From an uncultured Acidimicrobiales bacterium (GTDB lineage: Bacteria > Actinomycetota > Acidimicrobiia > Acidimicrobiales > JANYDT01), in contig CAVXNJ010000012.1 in NCBI GenBank assembly GCA_963763135.1, forward strand, positions 851,789-915,788: a DNA stretch of 64,000 nt, written 5' to 3'. The notes beneath the pieces were generated by a model. It was not told the DNA's origin, did no database searches, and saw only the letters and a program-made list of their open reading frames with translations. Of the stretch, positions 32,317-42,049 are shown piece by piece (position 1 is the stretch's first letter; each line of letters starts with the position of its first letter). The translations under genes and the position numbers were made by a program.

Positions 32317-34968
32317 TTATGCTCCGGTTACCGATTCGAGACGTACTTTGGTGACGCCTTCTGTGCCCATCGTTGCGACATCGATGAGATCAGCAGCGCC
32401 TGAACCCTGTTGGTTGAACGGAACGAACGCCGCGCCTCGCGGCACGCGGTCGTCGGCCACCACGGACAATACGACATCAGCCGTTTGCGACACGAGTCGC
32501 ACGTTGGACCCGTGGGTGAGGCCATGACGCTCGACTTCGCCCGGGTTCAAACGGACATGCGGGCCGGGAGCCAACTTCGCTAGCGCCGGGCTGGCCTGGG
32601 TGAGGGTGCCGTTGTCGTAGAGCGTGCGGCTGGTCACCAGACGGAGGGAGTACGAGTCGGGCTGTGGGATCACGGCCGGCGCGGCCTTCGGCTTGAAGCC
32701 GACCAGCGGAGGTACCGCGGGTCCGGCATGAGCCACCGCTTCGGTCGGTTCCGCTTCAGTCGCTGCCGAAGCCTCGGGCTCGGCCGGAGCCTCGACCACA
32801 GGGGCCGGGATAGGCACGAGCACACCGTCGGCGTTGCCGGGGGCCCCGAGCACCGCAGACGTCAGACCGAGGTGCGATGGGCATGCCGTCGCGATCTCGG
32901 CGGTGATGTCATCGACCACGTTGAAGCCGAAGTCTTCACCGAGGTTCAACGCCATCTCGGCGAAGATCATCCAGTCGGGACGGGCGAGGCCCGGCGCCGA
33001 CACCTTGGCCCGAACGCTGCTGACCCGGCCTTCGATGTTGGTCGTGGTCCCTGACTTCTCCGCATAACCTGCGGCGGGCAGCACCACGTTCGCAAACGCG
33101 TTCGACGCGTTGGGCATGGTGTCGATCGACACGAGGTACTCGACGTTCGCAAGAGCCTTCTGGGCGAGCGCCTTGTCGGGGAAGTCAGCGAGCGGGTCGG
33201 CACCGACCAGCACGAGAGCTTTGATCCAGCCACCGGCGGCGCCGAGCAACATCTCGTGGGCATCGAGGCCGACCGAAGCGGGACCGGCGTTCCAGTGCGA
33301 GGCGAACCACGATGCAGCATCGGCGATCGTGGTGCGGCCCGGAAGCATGCCGGGAGCGAGTCCCATGTCGAGGGCACCGCGAAGGTTGGCGCGCCGCATG
33401 GCCGGGAGGAACGTGGCGGTGGGAAGACCCTTGGTGAGGACGTCGAGCGCCTCGACGATCGTGTCGGTGGTTTCAGCGAGCGAGGGTCGACCGAAGACAA
33501 CGACGATCTTGCCGTTGCCCTTGCCACCAGCGAGCGCAGCCTTGATCGTGTCGGCCGCCGCGTGAAGATCGGCGGCTTCGACTCCGGCCACCTGACGCTC
33601 GACCTCGCCACCCTCGACCAGCGAGAACAACGCACGCACAAGAACAGATGCTTCACCGGGACGGTACGCCAGGGTCGTCTTGGCGTACGGGCTCAGACCG
33701 GTGCGGGTGGGCGACATCTCGATGATCGGCACCCGCTTGTTGGTTGCTGCGTCGCGAAGACGAAGGAACAGCACGGGGAGTTCTTCTTTGATGTCGGCAC
33801 CGAGCACGACCACTGCGGATGCGCTGCAGGCATCATTGATCGTCGCCTGCGGAAGACCGAGCCACGCGTGGGCGGGGAGACCGTCGCCGAGCTGAGCATC
33901 AACGTTGTCGGTCTTCACGACGACCTTGGCCAACTTCACGAGTGCGTACTGATCTTCGTTCGTGAGGCGGGCGCCGCCGATGAATCCGATCTCGGTCGGT
34001 TGCAATGTGCGCATACGGTCGGTTACCTGACCGATGGCTTCGGTCCACGAGGTTTTGGCCGCCGCGCCGCCCTTCGAGGCGCGCAGGATCGGTTGAGTCA
34101 GGCGGTCCGAGGCGCTGATGCTCTGGAAATCAAATCGGCCCTTGTCGCACAGCCAACCCCAGTTGATCGGATCGGCGTCGACACCCTGCACGCGGGTGAT
34201 TTCATCGCCGCTCGACTGGATTACGACGCGGCAACCAACGGCACATGAGGTGCAGGTGGACTCGACCTGGTCGAGGTCCCACGGGCGGGCGGCAAAGCGG
34301 TACGGCTCAGCGGTGAGCGCACCGACCGGACAGATCTGCACGACGTTGCCGGAGAAGTACGACGCGTAGGGGTCGTCGGGGAACGTGTTGACTTCCGTCG
34401 CATTGCCACGGTTGATGAAGTGAATGAGCGGATCGCCGCTCACTTCCTTCGAGAACCGGGTGCAACGGTCGCACAGGATGCAGCGCTCACGGTCAAGCAA
34501 CACCAGGTCGCTGATGGCGATCGGCTTCTCGTAATGGCGCTTCTCTTCGACAAATCGCGATTCGCCCGGGCCGAAGGTGAGGGTCTGGTCCTGCAGCGGG
34601 CACTCGCCACCCTTGTCGCACACCGGGCAGTCGAGGGGGTGATTGACGAGGAGGAATTCGAGGATGCCGTCTTGGGCCTTCTTCACGACCTCGGACTTGG
34701 TGTCGACGACCATGCCCTCGGCGCACGGCTGCATGCATGCCGGCTGCAGCGACATGCCGCGTGGACCGGAGACCTCCACGAGACACATGCGGCACATGCC
34801 GACTTCGCGCATGCGCGGATGCCAGCAGAACCGCGGGATGTACGTACCCGTGCGCTCGGCGGCAGCGATCAACAACTCACCCGGGTTCGCCTCGATGGGA
34901 TTGCCATCGATGGTGACCGTCAGGGTCGTCTTCTTGGGGGCTTCGGGTGCGGAGGCGGTATCAGTCAT
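32317..34968 (-). CDS. nuoG: NADH-quinone oxidoreductase subunit G (75-kDa subunit)
   Basis: 883 aa with an N-terminal 2Fe-2S/4Fe-4S cysteine series (CWHPRMREVGMCRMC, HPLDCPVCDKGGECPLQD, CILCDRCTRF) followed by a molybdopterin-oxidoreductase-like domain. Confidence 0.93.
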   Translation of the reverse strand: MTDTASAPEAPKKTTLTVTIDGNPIEANPGELLIAAAERTGTYIPRFCWHPRMREVGMCRMCLVEVSGPRGMSLQPACMQPCAEGMVVDTKSEVVKKAQDGILEFLLVNHPLDCPVCDKGGECPLQDQTLTFGPGESRFVEEKRHYEKPIAISDLVLLDRERCILCDRCTRFSKEVSGDPLIHFINRGNATEVNTFPDDPYASYFSGNVVQICPVGALTAEPYRFAARPWDLDQVESTCTSCAVGCRVVIQSSGDEITRVQGVDADPINWGWLCDKGRFDFQSISASDRLTQPILRASKGGAAAKTSWTEAIGQVTDRMRTLQPTEIGFIGGARLTNEDQYALVKLAKVVVKTDNVDAQLGDGLPAHAWLGLPQATINDACSASAVVVLGADIKEELPVLFLRLRDAATNKRVPIIEMSPTRTGLSPYAKTTLAYRPGEASVLVRALFSLVEGGEVERQVAGVEAADLHAAADTIKAALAGGKGNGKIVVVFGRPSLAETTDTIVEALDVLTKGLPTATFLPAMRRANLRGALDMGLAPGMLPGRTTIADAASWFASHWNAGPASVGLDAHEMLLGAAGGWIKALVLVGADPLADFPDKALAQKALANVEYLVSIDTMPNASNAFANVVLPAAGYAEKSGTTTNIEGRVSSVRAKVSAPGLARPDWMIFAEMALNLGEDFGFNVVDDITAEIATACPSHLGLTSAVLGAPGNADGVLVPIPAPVVEAPAEPEASAATEAEPTEAVAHAGPAVPPLVGFKPKAAPAVIPQPDSYSLRLVTSRTLYDNGTLTQASPALAKLAPGPHVRLNPGEVERHGLTHGSNVRLVSQTADVVLSVVADDRVPRGAAFVPFNQQGSGAADLIDVATMGTEGVTKVRLESVTGA

Positions 34969-35015
34969 GGCTCGTTGATCTCAGGTAGCGCGAAAGTCAG
35001 TGAACTCACTGATGC

Positions 35016-36341
35016 TCAGTGGTTGCTCGACATCACAGGGATGCGAGTCGGGCTCGGCTTGGCATTTGCTATGTACGCTTCGTATTCGTTGCGGAAGCGC
35101 TTCACCGAACCGGGAAGGGCGCCGGCGGCAGCCGACGGTCCGAGCGGGCAGATGGTCGTCTGCTTCGGTGGCCACGTGAGCCCGGGGCTGATGTTGTCGG
35201 CGACATCGAACAGAAGGTCAATGTCTTCCGGACGACCGTGGCCGTCAAGGATGCGCCTGTAGATCTTCTCGAGCCAGTTCGTACCTTCGCGACACGGTGA
35301 GCACTTGCCGCAGCTTTCCTTCGCAAAGAACTTCACGAGCCGCCACGTGGCTTTCACCATGTCGGTCGTTTCGTCCATCACGACGATGGCGCCGGAGCCG
35401 AGCATCGAGCCTTTGCTGCCCACGATGCCGGCGTCGAGTGGGGTGTCGAGGTCTTCTTCGAAGAACCAGGGGGCCGAACCGCCACCGGGGATGAACGCTT
35501 TTACCTTGCGGTCTTCTCGGATGCCGCCGGCGAAGTCGTAGAAGAGTTCCCGGAAGGTCGTGGTGCCGAATTCGACTTCGAACACACCCGGGTTCTTGAC
35601 GTGACCGGACACGGCGAACAGCCGGGTTCCGGCATTCTTCTCGTTGCCTACCGCGGTGAACGCCGCAGCACCGTTGTTCATGATCCAGGGCATGTTCGAC
35701 AGCGTCTCGACGTTGTTTACGACCGTCGGCTGCATGTACAGACCCTTGGAGGCCGGGAAGAACGGCGGCTTCAGACGCGGCATGCCGCGGTTACCTTCAA
35801 GCGACTCGATGAGCGCGGTTTCCTCACCGACGATGTACGCACCGGCACCCCAGTGCAACATCACGTCGACACTGAAATCGGTACCCATGATGTTCTTGCC
35901 GATGTAGCCGTTGGCGTAGGCGTCGTTGAGCGCCTGCGCCATGCGCTCGTGCGTGTGCGGCATTTCGCCACGGATGTAGATGAACGCCTGAGCGGCCCGG
36001 ATCGCATAGGCGGCGATCAGCACGCCTTCGATCAACTGGTGCGGATCGCGCTCCAGCAGAATGCGGTCCTTGTAGGTCCCCGGTTCCGACTCATCGCCGT
36101 TGACGACGAGATACCGCGGAAACACGTCTTTCGGAAGGAAGCCCCACTTCGTGCCACACGGAAAGCCGGCCCCGCCCCGACCCGCGAGGTTCGCGGCCTT
36201 CACTTCGTCGACGACTTCGTCTGGGGTGCGGGTGAGCGCTTTACGCAGCCCTTCGTAACCACCGGTGCGCAGGTAGCCCTCAAGGGTGTGCCCGTCGGCT
36301 TGGTCCCAGCGGGTTGTGATCATCTTGAGTGGTGCGGGCAT
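35016..36341 (-). CDS. nuoF: NADH-quinone oxidoreductase subunit F (51-kDa, NADH/FMN site)
   Basis: 441 aa with GRGGAGFPCGTKW and ESCGKCSPCREG. Confidence 0.95.
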   Translation of the reverse strand: MPAPLKMITTRWDQADGHTLEGYLRTGGYEGLRKALTRTPDEVVDEVKAANLAGRGGAGFPCGTKWGFLPKDVFPRYLVVNGDESEPGTYKDRILLERDPHQLIEGVLIAAYAIRAAQAFIYIRGEMPHTHERMAQALNDAYANGYIGKNIMGTDFSVDVMLHWGAGAYIVGEETALIESLEGNRGMPRLKPPFFPASKGLYMQPTVVNNVETLSNMPWIMNNGAAAFTAVGNEKNAGTRLFAVSGHVKNPGVFEVEFGTTTFRELFYDFAGGIREDRKVKAFIPGGGSAPWFFEEDLDTPLDAGIVGSKGSMLGSGAIVVMDETTDMVKATWRLVKFFAKESCGKCSPCREGTNWLEKIYRRILDGHGRPEDIDLLFDVADNISPGLTWPPKQTTICPLGPSAAAGALPGSVKRFRNEYEAYIANAKPSPTRIPVMSSNH

Positions 36342-36394
36342 GTGAGTCCTACGTTGCTATGCGTACGTATGAATGAGACGGAAGAGCGGAAAAG

Positions 36395-36958
36395 TCAGAT
36401 GGTCTGTCGTGAGGCACGCCGATCGGAGGGAATCGACTGACGAACCTTTCCGAGCGAACCGTGCGGCGGAATATCGGAGCGCTTGCCAGCCCGGATATCG
36501 GCCACCAGTGAGTCGAAGCCGGTATGGCTCACCTTGTACTCGTAGCGGTAGTTCACCTGGAGACACGGAGCCTCGGTGCACGCGGCGAGGCATTCCATTT
36601 CCTCAAGTGTGAACAGCCCGTCGGGCGTCGTAGCCCCGGCGCGGATGCCCAGCGACTGCTCAGCATGTTCGAGAAGCTCTTCGCCGCCGAGAAGCATGCA
36701 CGAGATGTTGGTGCACACGCCGACGACGTATTTGCCGACCGGATGGAACTTGAACATCTCGTAGAAACTTGCGGTGCCGTAAACCTCAGCCGGGGTGCAG
36801 CCGACGAGTTCGGCGATCTGCACCATCGCGTCTTCGGTGAGATAGCCGTCTTGTTCCTGCGCCAGGTGACACAGCGGGATCGTCGCGCTCTTGGACCGGG
36901 GATAGTGACCGACCAGTTCCTTGGCGCGTTCGAGGTTTGAGGCATTGAAGCGGGCCAT
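36395..36958 (-). CDS. nuoE: NADH-quinone oxidoreductase subunit E (24-kDa, 2Fe-2S)
   Basis: 187 aa with VCTNISCMLLGG and CLAACTEAPC. Confidence 0.92.
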   Translation of the reverse strand: MARFNASNLERAKELVGHYPRSKSATIPLCHLAQEQDGYLTEDAMVQIAELVGCTPAEVYGTASFYEMFKFHPVGKYVVGVCTNISCMLLGGEELLEHAEQSLGIRAGATTPDGLFTLEEMECLAACTEAPCLQVNYRYEYKVSHTGFDSLVADIRAGKRSDIPPHGSLGKVRQSIPSDRRASRQTI

Positions 36959-37019
36959 TACAGAGCGACCTCAGTGCAAAGCATTTGCAGTGCCGGTAGC
37001 GGGAGTTGCACTTCGGACT

Positions 37020-38321
37020 TCATCGATCGACCTCGCCGAGCACCGGATCGATCGAGCTGATGATGGCAATCGCATCGGCCATCATGGCTCCACGCATCAT
37101 CGTCGGCATCGACTGCAGGTTCACGAACGACGCGCCTCGCCAGTGCATCCGGAACGGCTTCGTGCTTCCATCACTGACCATGTAGCAACCAACTTCTCCG
37201 CGGGGTGACTCGACTGGCACATAGACCTCGCCGGCCGGAACCTTGAAGCCGTCGGTGAACAACTTGAAATGATGGATCAGCGCTTCCATCGACTCGTCGA
37301 TACGACTGCGCGGCGGCGGCGTGATCTTCTTGTTCTGGGTTCGGTAATCGCCAGTCGGCATCATGTCGACGATCTGGCGGACAATCCGGATCGATTCGCG
37401 GATCTCGTTGAGGCGGATCGCGTAGCGGTCGAACGCATCGCCATGGGTACCGACGATCACGTCGAACTCCACCGCGTCGTAGGCGAGGTACGGCATATGG
37501 CGACGCAGGTCCCATTCGACGCCAGTAGAGCGCAGGATCGGGCCGGTCGCACTGAGGCCGATAGCTTCGTCTTGCGTGATCACCCCGACACCCTGGGTCC
37601 GGTCGATGAAGATCGGCTGACCCGTGAGCAACGTGTCGTAGTCGTCCATACGCGGCTCGATCGCGTCGCACAGTGCCAGGCAGTCGAACTGCCAGTCGCT
37701 CGGGAGATCCGCAGCAACGCCACCCGGACGGATGTAGTTGTGGTTCATCCGCAGGCCGGTGGTCTTCTCGAAGAACGAGAGCACTTCCTCGCGTTCACGC
37801 CACCCGTAGATCATCATGCCGACGGCACCGAGGTCCATGCCGTTCGTGGCCATGAACAACAGATGACTCGCCATGCGGTTAAGTTCCGACATGAGCATGC
37901 GGATCCACGTCGCCCGCTCCGGTACTTCGATCTCAAGCAGTTTCTCGGTGGAGAGGCTGAAGGCCAACTCGTTGAAGAAGGGCGAGAGGTAGTCCATGCG
38001 GGTGACGTTGGTGCCACCTTGCATGTACGTGAGCGTCTCGGCCGTCTTCTCCATACCGGTGTGCAGATAGCCCACTACCGGCTTGGTGCGAAGCACCTGC
38101 TCACCCTTGAGCTCCAACATGACGCGCAGCACGCCGTGCGTACTCGGGTGCTGCGGACCCATGTTGATGATCATCGTCTCGTCGTCGCCGAGTTCGATGT
38201 CGTAGTCGTTCACATCGAGAAGATCGACATCGCTGACGCCACGTAGAACGGCGCCCTGTTCACGGAGAAGTTCCTTAGCCGGCGTCTCGACCCGGCCCTG
38301 CATTTCCTGTCCGAAGTTCAT
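37020..38321 (-). CDS. nuoD: NADH-quinone oxidoreductase subunit D (14-subunit cluster)
   Basis: 433 aa with NMGPQHPSTHGVLRV, VGYLHTGMEK and C-terminal LGEVDR. Confidence 0.95.
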   Translation of the reverse strand: MNFGQEMQGRVETPAKELLREQGAVLRGVSDVDLLDVNDYDIELGDDETMIINMGPQHPSTHGVLRVMLELKGEQVLRTKPVVGYLHTGMEKTAETLTYMQGGTNVTRMDYLSPFFNELAFSLSTEKLLEIEVPERATWIRMLMSELNRMASHLLFMATNGMDLGAVGMMIYGWREREEVLSFFEKTTGLRMNHNYIRPGGVAADLPSDWQFDCLALCDAIEPRMDDYDTLLTGQPIFIDRTQGVGVITQDEAIGLSATGPILRSTGVEWDLRRHMPYLAYDAVEFDVIVGTHGDAFDRYAIRLNEIRESIRIVRQIVDMMPTGDYRTQNKKITPPPRSRIDESMEALIHHFKLFTDGFKVPAGEVYVPVESPRGEVGCYMVSDGSTKPFRMHWRGASFVNLQSMPTMMRGAMMADAIAIISSIDPVLGEVDR

Positions 38322-38323
38322 AG

Positions 38324-38839
38324 CTACCTCGCGGTTCCTTCTTTGAACTGCACGGGAATTCGGCCGGTGGCGTAGTCCTTACGCAAGGGATGCCCTTCCC
38401 AGTTGTCGGGCAACAGGATTCGGGTGAGATCGGGATGACCGTCGAAGCTGACACCGAGAAGGTCGTAGGCCTCACGTTCCATGGCTTCCGCCCCGGGGTA
38501 CAGGTCGTAAAGCGTCGGAACTTTGCAGTCGGACTCCGGGACCTGCACGCGGACACGGATGCGTTCCCGCTTGGCGTGTGAAAGCAGGTTGGAGACCACT
38601 TCAAAGCGTTCAGGCGCGACGCCCGCGGGAAGCTCCCGGGTGTGGTTGCCGAGGTAGTCGACGGCGCAAAGATCCGAGAGCTGAGCAAAGCCGTCGGCCT
38701 TCAGCGCTTTCACAACCTTCAGATAGTCAGTGCGCGTAGGATGCACGACCTTTTCGCCCCGGCTGTAGCTGACGGGTGCTCCGTGGAGTACTTCGGGGGC
38801 AGGCGGTGCGGTCTCGGTAGGAGTGGAGGTATCTGACAT
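38324..38839 (-). CDS. nuoC: NADH-quinone oxidoreductase subunit C (14-subunit cluster)
   Basis: 171 aa, 30-kDa subunit pattern (YPGAEAMEREAYDLLGVSFDGHPD). Confidence 0.9.
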   Translation of the reverse strand: MSDTSTPTETAPPAPEVLHGAPVSYSRGEKVVHPTRTDYLKVVKALKADGFAQLSDLCAVDYLGNHTRELPAGVAPERFEVVSNLLSHAKRERIRVRVQVPESDCKVPTLYDLYPGAEAMEREAYDLLGVSFDGHPDLTRILLPDNWEGHPLRKDYATGRIPVQFKEGTAR

Positions 38840-38844
38840 GGACG

Positions 38845-39393
38845 CTACTTCGGTCGTCCGATGGCAATCGTCGGAGGCGGCACGTCGAGGATGATCGAGG
38901 CGCCGGCTCCGGTCTCGTTACGGCGCTTGGTGATCTCGCCCGTGGCGATCTTTTCGTGGATCGTGAGAATCGCGTGGATGAGCGTTTCGGGTCCGGGCGG
39001 GCACCCGGGCGCGTAGACGTCGACGGGGACGATCTGATCGACGCCCTGCACGATCGCGTAGTTGTTGAACATGCCACCCGAGGAAGCGCACACGCCCATC
39101 GAGATGACCCACTTCGGTTCCATCATCTGGTCGTAGACCTGGCGAAGAACCGGAGCCATCTTCTGCGAAACGCGTCCGGCCACGATCATGAGGTCGGCCT
39201 GGCGCGGCGAAGCGCGAAACACCTCCATGCCAAAGCGCGACAGATCGAAGCGCGACGCACCGGTGGCCATCATCTCGATCGCGCAGCAGGCGAGGCCGAA
39301 CGAGGCCGGCCACACGCTGTTCTTGCGGGACCAGCTGACCAACTGCTCGACCGATCCGGTCAAGAAGTTGTGATTGAGATCTTCGAGTCCCAT
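38845..39393 (-). CDS. nuoB: NADH-quinone oxidoreductase subunit B (14-subunit cluster)
   Basis: 182 aa with [23 protein letters not shown] and GCPPGPE. Confidence 0.95.
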   Translation of the reverse strand: MGLEDLNHNFLTGSVEQLVSWSRKNSVWPASFGLACCAIEMMATGASRFDLSRFGMEVFRASPRQADLMIVAGRVSQKMAPVLRQVYDQMMEPKWVISMGVCASSGGMFNNYAIVQGVDQIVPVDVYAPGCPPGPETLIHAILTIHEKIATGEITKRRNETGAGASIILDVPPPTIAIGRPK

Positions 39394-39396
39394 GGA

Positions 39397-39867
39397 CTAG
39401 GCAGCCTCTCCAGAGGGAGCAACCGGCTCCGGGCGACCAACGCGCCGGATTGTCGACGACGTCGACCGGGCATTGGTCAGGGTGTTTTCTGCTGAACGAA
39501 GCGCTGACACGGGTCCCCAGTCGAGCGCACCGTTGGAGATCAGATACGTGAAGGCGACGACAACTGCGGCGGAGAACATGATCATCTCGACGAGACCGAA
39601 CAGGCCCAATTGCCCGAACGACACGGCCCACGGGTACAAGAAGATGACCTCGATGTCGAAGATGATGAAGATCATCGCAACGAGGTAGAACCTCACCGGA
39701 AACCGTTCAGCCGGCTCGTGCGTGGGTACGATCCCGCACTCGTAGGGACCGATTTTTGCTGCGGTCTCTCGTCGCTTCGGCCCGAGAACGGCCGATGCAA
39801 CAAACGAGCCGAAGACGAAAAGCGTCGCTACGACAAGCAGCAAAAGGATCGGGAGATAATCACCCAC
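39397..39867 (-). CDS. nuoA: NADH-quinone oxidoreductase subunit A (14-subunit cluster) with C-terminal extension
   Basis: 156 aa with YECGIVP and FDIEVIFLYPWA. GTG start only 5 nt after the stop of the preceding membrane-protein gene, with a GAGGG Shine-Dalgarno inside that gene's 3' end. Confidence 0.9.
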   Translation of the reverse strand: MGDYLPILLLLVVATLFVFGSFVASAVLGPKRRETAAKIGPYECGIVPTHEPAERFPVRFYLVAMIFIIFDIEVIFLYPWAVSFGQLGLFGLVEMIMFSAAVVVAFTYLISNGALDWGPVSALRSAENTLTNARSTSSTIRRVGRPEPVAPSGEAA

Positions 39868-39872
39868 GGTTG

Positions 39873-40712
39873 CTACGCCCTCGCAGGTTTCAACGTTGCC
39901 ATGTGGGCCATCAGTTTCTTATCCCGCTTGTGCAGACTCAGAACGCTGATGACAAACAGGATTATGGAACACATGAAGATGGTGAAGCCGGGCAAGCGCT
40001 TCGATCCGCCGTCGCGATACCCGATCACATAGATCGGTTTCGTCGAGGAATCGACCACGAAGTTGCCTTTGGCGTCTTTGACCGGTTCGCCCGAGTCATC
40101 GAGCTTGTAGGTCTGGATGACCTCCACGATGTAGTGCTTCGAATGCAGCAGGCCCATCATGCGGTAGCTGGTCGGGTCGTACCACTTCTCGCCGTGGATC
40201 TTGCGCGGACGGATCTTGAATCGCTGATCTCCACCGGTTTCGTACATCGCAACCGAGGTGTAGCGCTCGGTTCCCGTGGCGGGGAAAAGCGCCGCACCAC
40301 CGTTGGCGACAGGCTTCTTCAGATAGGCACCGAGCGCTGCGCTGGAATCGCCGTAGGTGTTCGATCCCTCGGGGACAACCCGCCAACCCTTGACCTTCAC
40401 GTCGGCTTTGGCCGGGAGCGCTGCCACCTTTTCAAGCTGAGCCGACTTCGGGTCGGTGACTGCTTCGATGCCCTTCCAGGACGGATCGCGCCCCTTCAGG
40501 CCGATTCCGTACATCATCCACACGACGCACATCAACGCCATCCAACCCCAGAATGCGGCGTTGGCAAGCAGGAATCCCAGGCGGTTACCGATGTTGGTAG
40601 CGAGGATCACGTACGTGCTCCCGCAGAGAATGAGGAACATGATTCCCGGGAAGAGAATCCCGCGGATTGTCGGGTCCCACTTCAGAATGGCAAGAACAGC
40701 AGAAAGCATCAC
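39873..40712 (-). CDS. Membrane protein of unknown function, last gene of the bc module
   Basis: 279 aa with two N-terminal TM helices, a ~170-aa hydrophilic domain and a C-terminal TM helix. ATG overlaps the stop of the dihaem cytochrome c gene (ATGA). Confidence 0.6.
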   Translation of the reverse strand: MMLSAVLAILKWDPTIRGILFPGIMFLILCGSTYVILATNIGNRLGFLLANAAFWGWMALMCVVWMMYGIGLKGRDPSWKGIEAVTDPKSAQLEKVAALPAKADVKVKGWRVVPEGSNTYGDSSAALGAYLKKPVANGGAALFPATGTERYTSVAMYETGGDQRFKIRPRKIHGEKWYDPTSYRMMGLLHSKHYIVEVIQTYKLDDSGEPVKDAKGNFVVDSSTKPIYVIGYRDGGSKRLPGFTIFMCSIILFVISVLSLHKRDKKLMAHMATLKPARA

Positions 40713-41989
40713 AGGCCCCGCTCATAGTCGACGATGGCTTCGATTTGTTGGTCGGTGAGGGTGTTGGCGAAGTACGGCATGCCTCCACCACTCCAGTGGT
40801 TTACGCCACCGGTCCCGTAGGCCTCGAAATCGGCGACACCGTTCTTTATGAAGTCGATCTGGCTGGCTTTGTCGGGGAACTGACGTTTCAGCGAGTCCTT
40901 ACGAAGCGCCGGGCCGTAGAAGCCTCCGGCCTGCTCCTTCGGTTCGCCGTAGCTGTACCCGTTGGTGTGGCACCGGGCGCAGTTGAGGTTGAACAGGATT
41001 TCGCCGTCGGATTTGGCAACGTCGGCTTTCGCTGCATCGACGCGGGCCTGCGTGGAAGCCAGATCGGCTTCGGCTGCGGCGATGGCTGTCGCCCCGCCTG
41101 CAGCCTTTGCGTCATCGAGGACCTTTTGGGCAGCGGCGAGTGTGGTTTCTCCGTCGGCAACCGTCTTCTCGTTGGCCTTCTTCAGGTCTTCGAACTCCTT
41201 GGTGTTCGCTTCCTGTGCATCTTTTTGTGCTGCCACAAAAGCTGCGTTGTACGACTTGACCGCGTCACGGGTCTTGTCCCATGTATCGGTGTAGGCCTTG
41301 AGAGCGACAGGGTCCTCTTCGACCGCCACATGTTTGAGGTAGTTCACAAGATCGTCTATCTGTTGCGCGTTGCCGGGTCCACCGCCCAGAGTGCCCCAGG
41401 CCGGCATCGGGTTGTTCTTTGCTTTGCCGCGGCCATAGACCAATACGTTGCGAATCTGCTCGGGTCGGTACCGGAGAGCCACGTTGTTGATGCGGGGCGC
41501 GGTCCACGACACGGATTTGAGGACCTGCTTGCCCGTTGCGGAATCCATTACGGGGTTGTTGTCGGCGTCGTATTGCGGTACGAGCCACGAGGCCGCACCG
41601 CCGCCGCCGTTGGCGCCGTGGCACTTCGCGCAGTTGAAGCCGTTGTGCAGTGCTCCAAAAAGCTCCTCGCCCCGCTTCACGCTCCGCTTGTCGAAGCCGA
41701 AGATCGCGCCGGTTTGGCGGCTCGGTTCGTTCAGCCAGTACAGCGGGACCGACAGCGCCACGATCGTCATGGTGACCAGGGCCCACCCCAGCCAGCGGTC
41801 GAGGCGCGGGCCTTCGAAGACTTCATCATCGGGGGCCGACTTGCGGTTCGGCGCGTTGAGGAAGCTGTGCACGATGTCTGGCGTCGTGCGACGGTTCTCC
41901 AAAACGATGTACACCGCCCACGCCAACAGCGCGGCAACGAGTAAAACGAGCGCTACGGCCCGCTGGGTTGGAAGTGCAGCGACTATCAC
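40709..41989 (-). CDS. qcrC: Membrane-anchored dihaem c-type cytochrome (QcrC-like) with long inter-domain insertion
   Basis: Two CxxCH motifs (CAKCH at ~41618-41632, CARCH at ~40968-40982). Met-ligand contexts NPMPAW and GGMPYF. Two N-terminal TM helices. 426 aa. Confidence 0.8.
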   Translation of the reverse strand: MIVAALPTQRAVALVLLVAALLAWAVYIVLENRRTTPDIVHSFLNAPNRKSAPDDEVFEGPRLDRWLGWALVTMTIVALSVPLYWLNEPSRQTGAIFGFDKRSVKRGEELFGALHNGFNCAKCHGANGGGGAASWLVPQYDADNNPVMDSATGKQVLKSVSWTAPRINNVALRYRPEQIRNVLVYGRGKAKNNPMPAWGTLGGGPGNAQQIDDLVNYLKHVAVEEDPVALKAYTDTWDKTRDAVKSYNAAFVAAQKDAQEANTKEFEDLKKANEKTVADGETTLAAAQKVLDDAKAAGGATAIAAAEADLASTQARVDAAKADVAKSDGEILFNLNCARCHTNGYSYGEPKEQAGGFYGPALRKDSLKRQFPDKASQIDFIKNGVADFEAYGTGGVNHWSGGGMPYFANTLTDQQIEAIVDYERGL

Positions 41990-42049
41990 GATCAGATTCC
42001 TTGGCGATCAGTACGACGGGACAGCAAACTACTTGATGACATCACAGGC

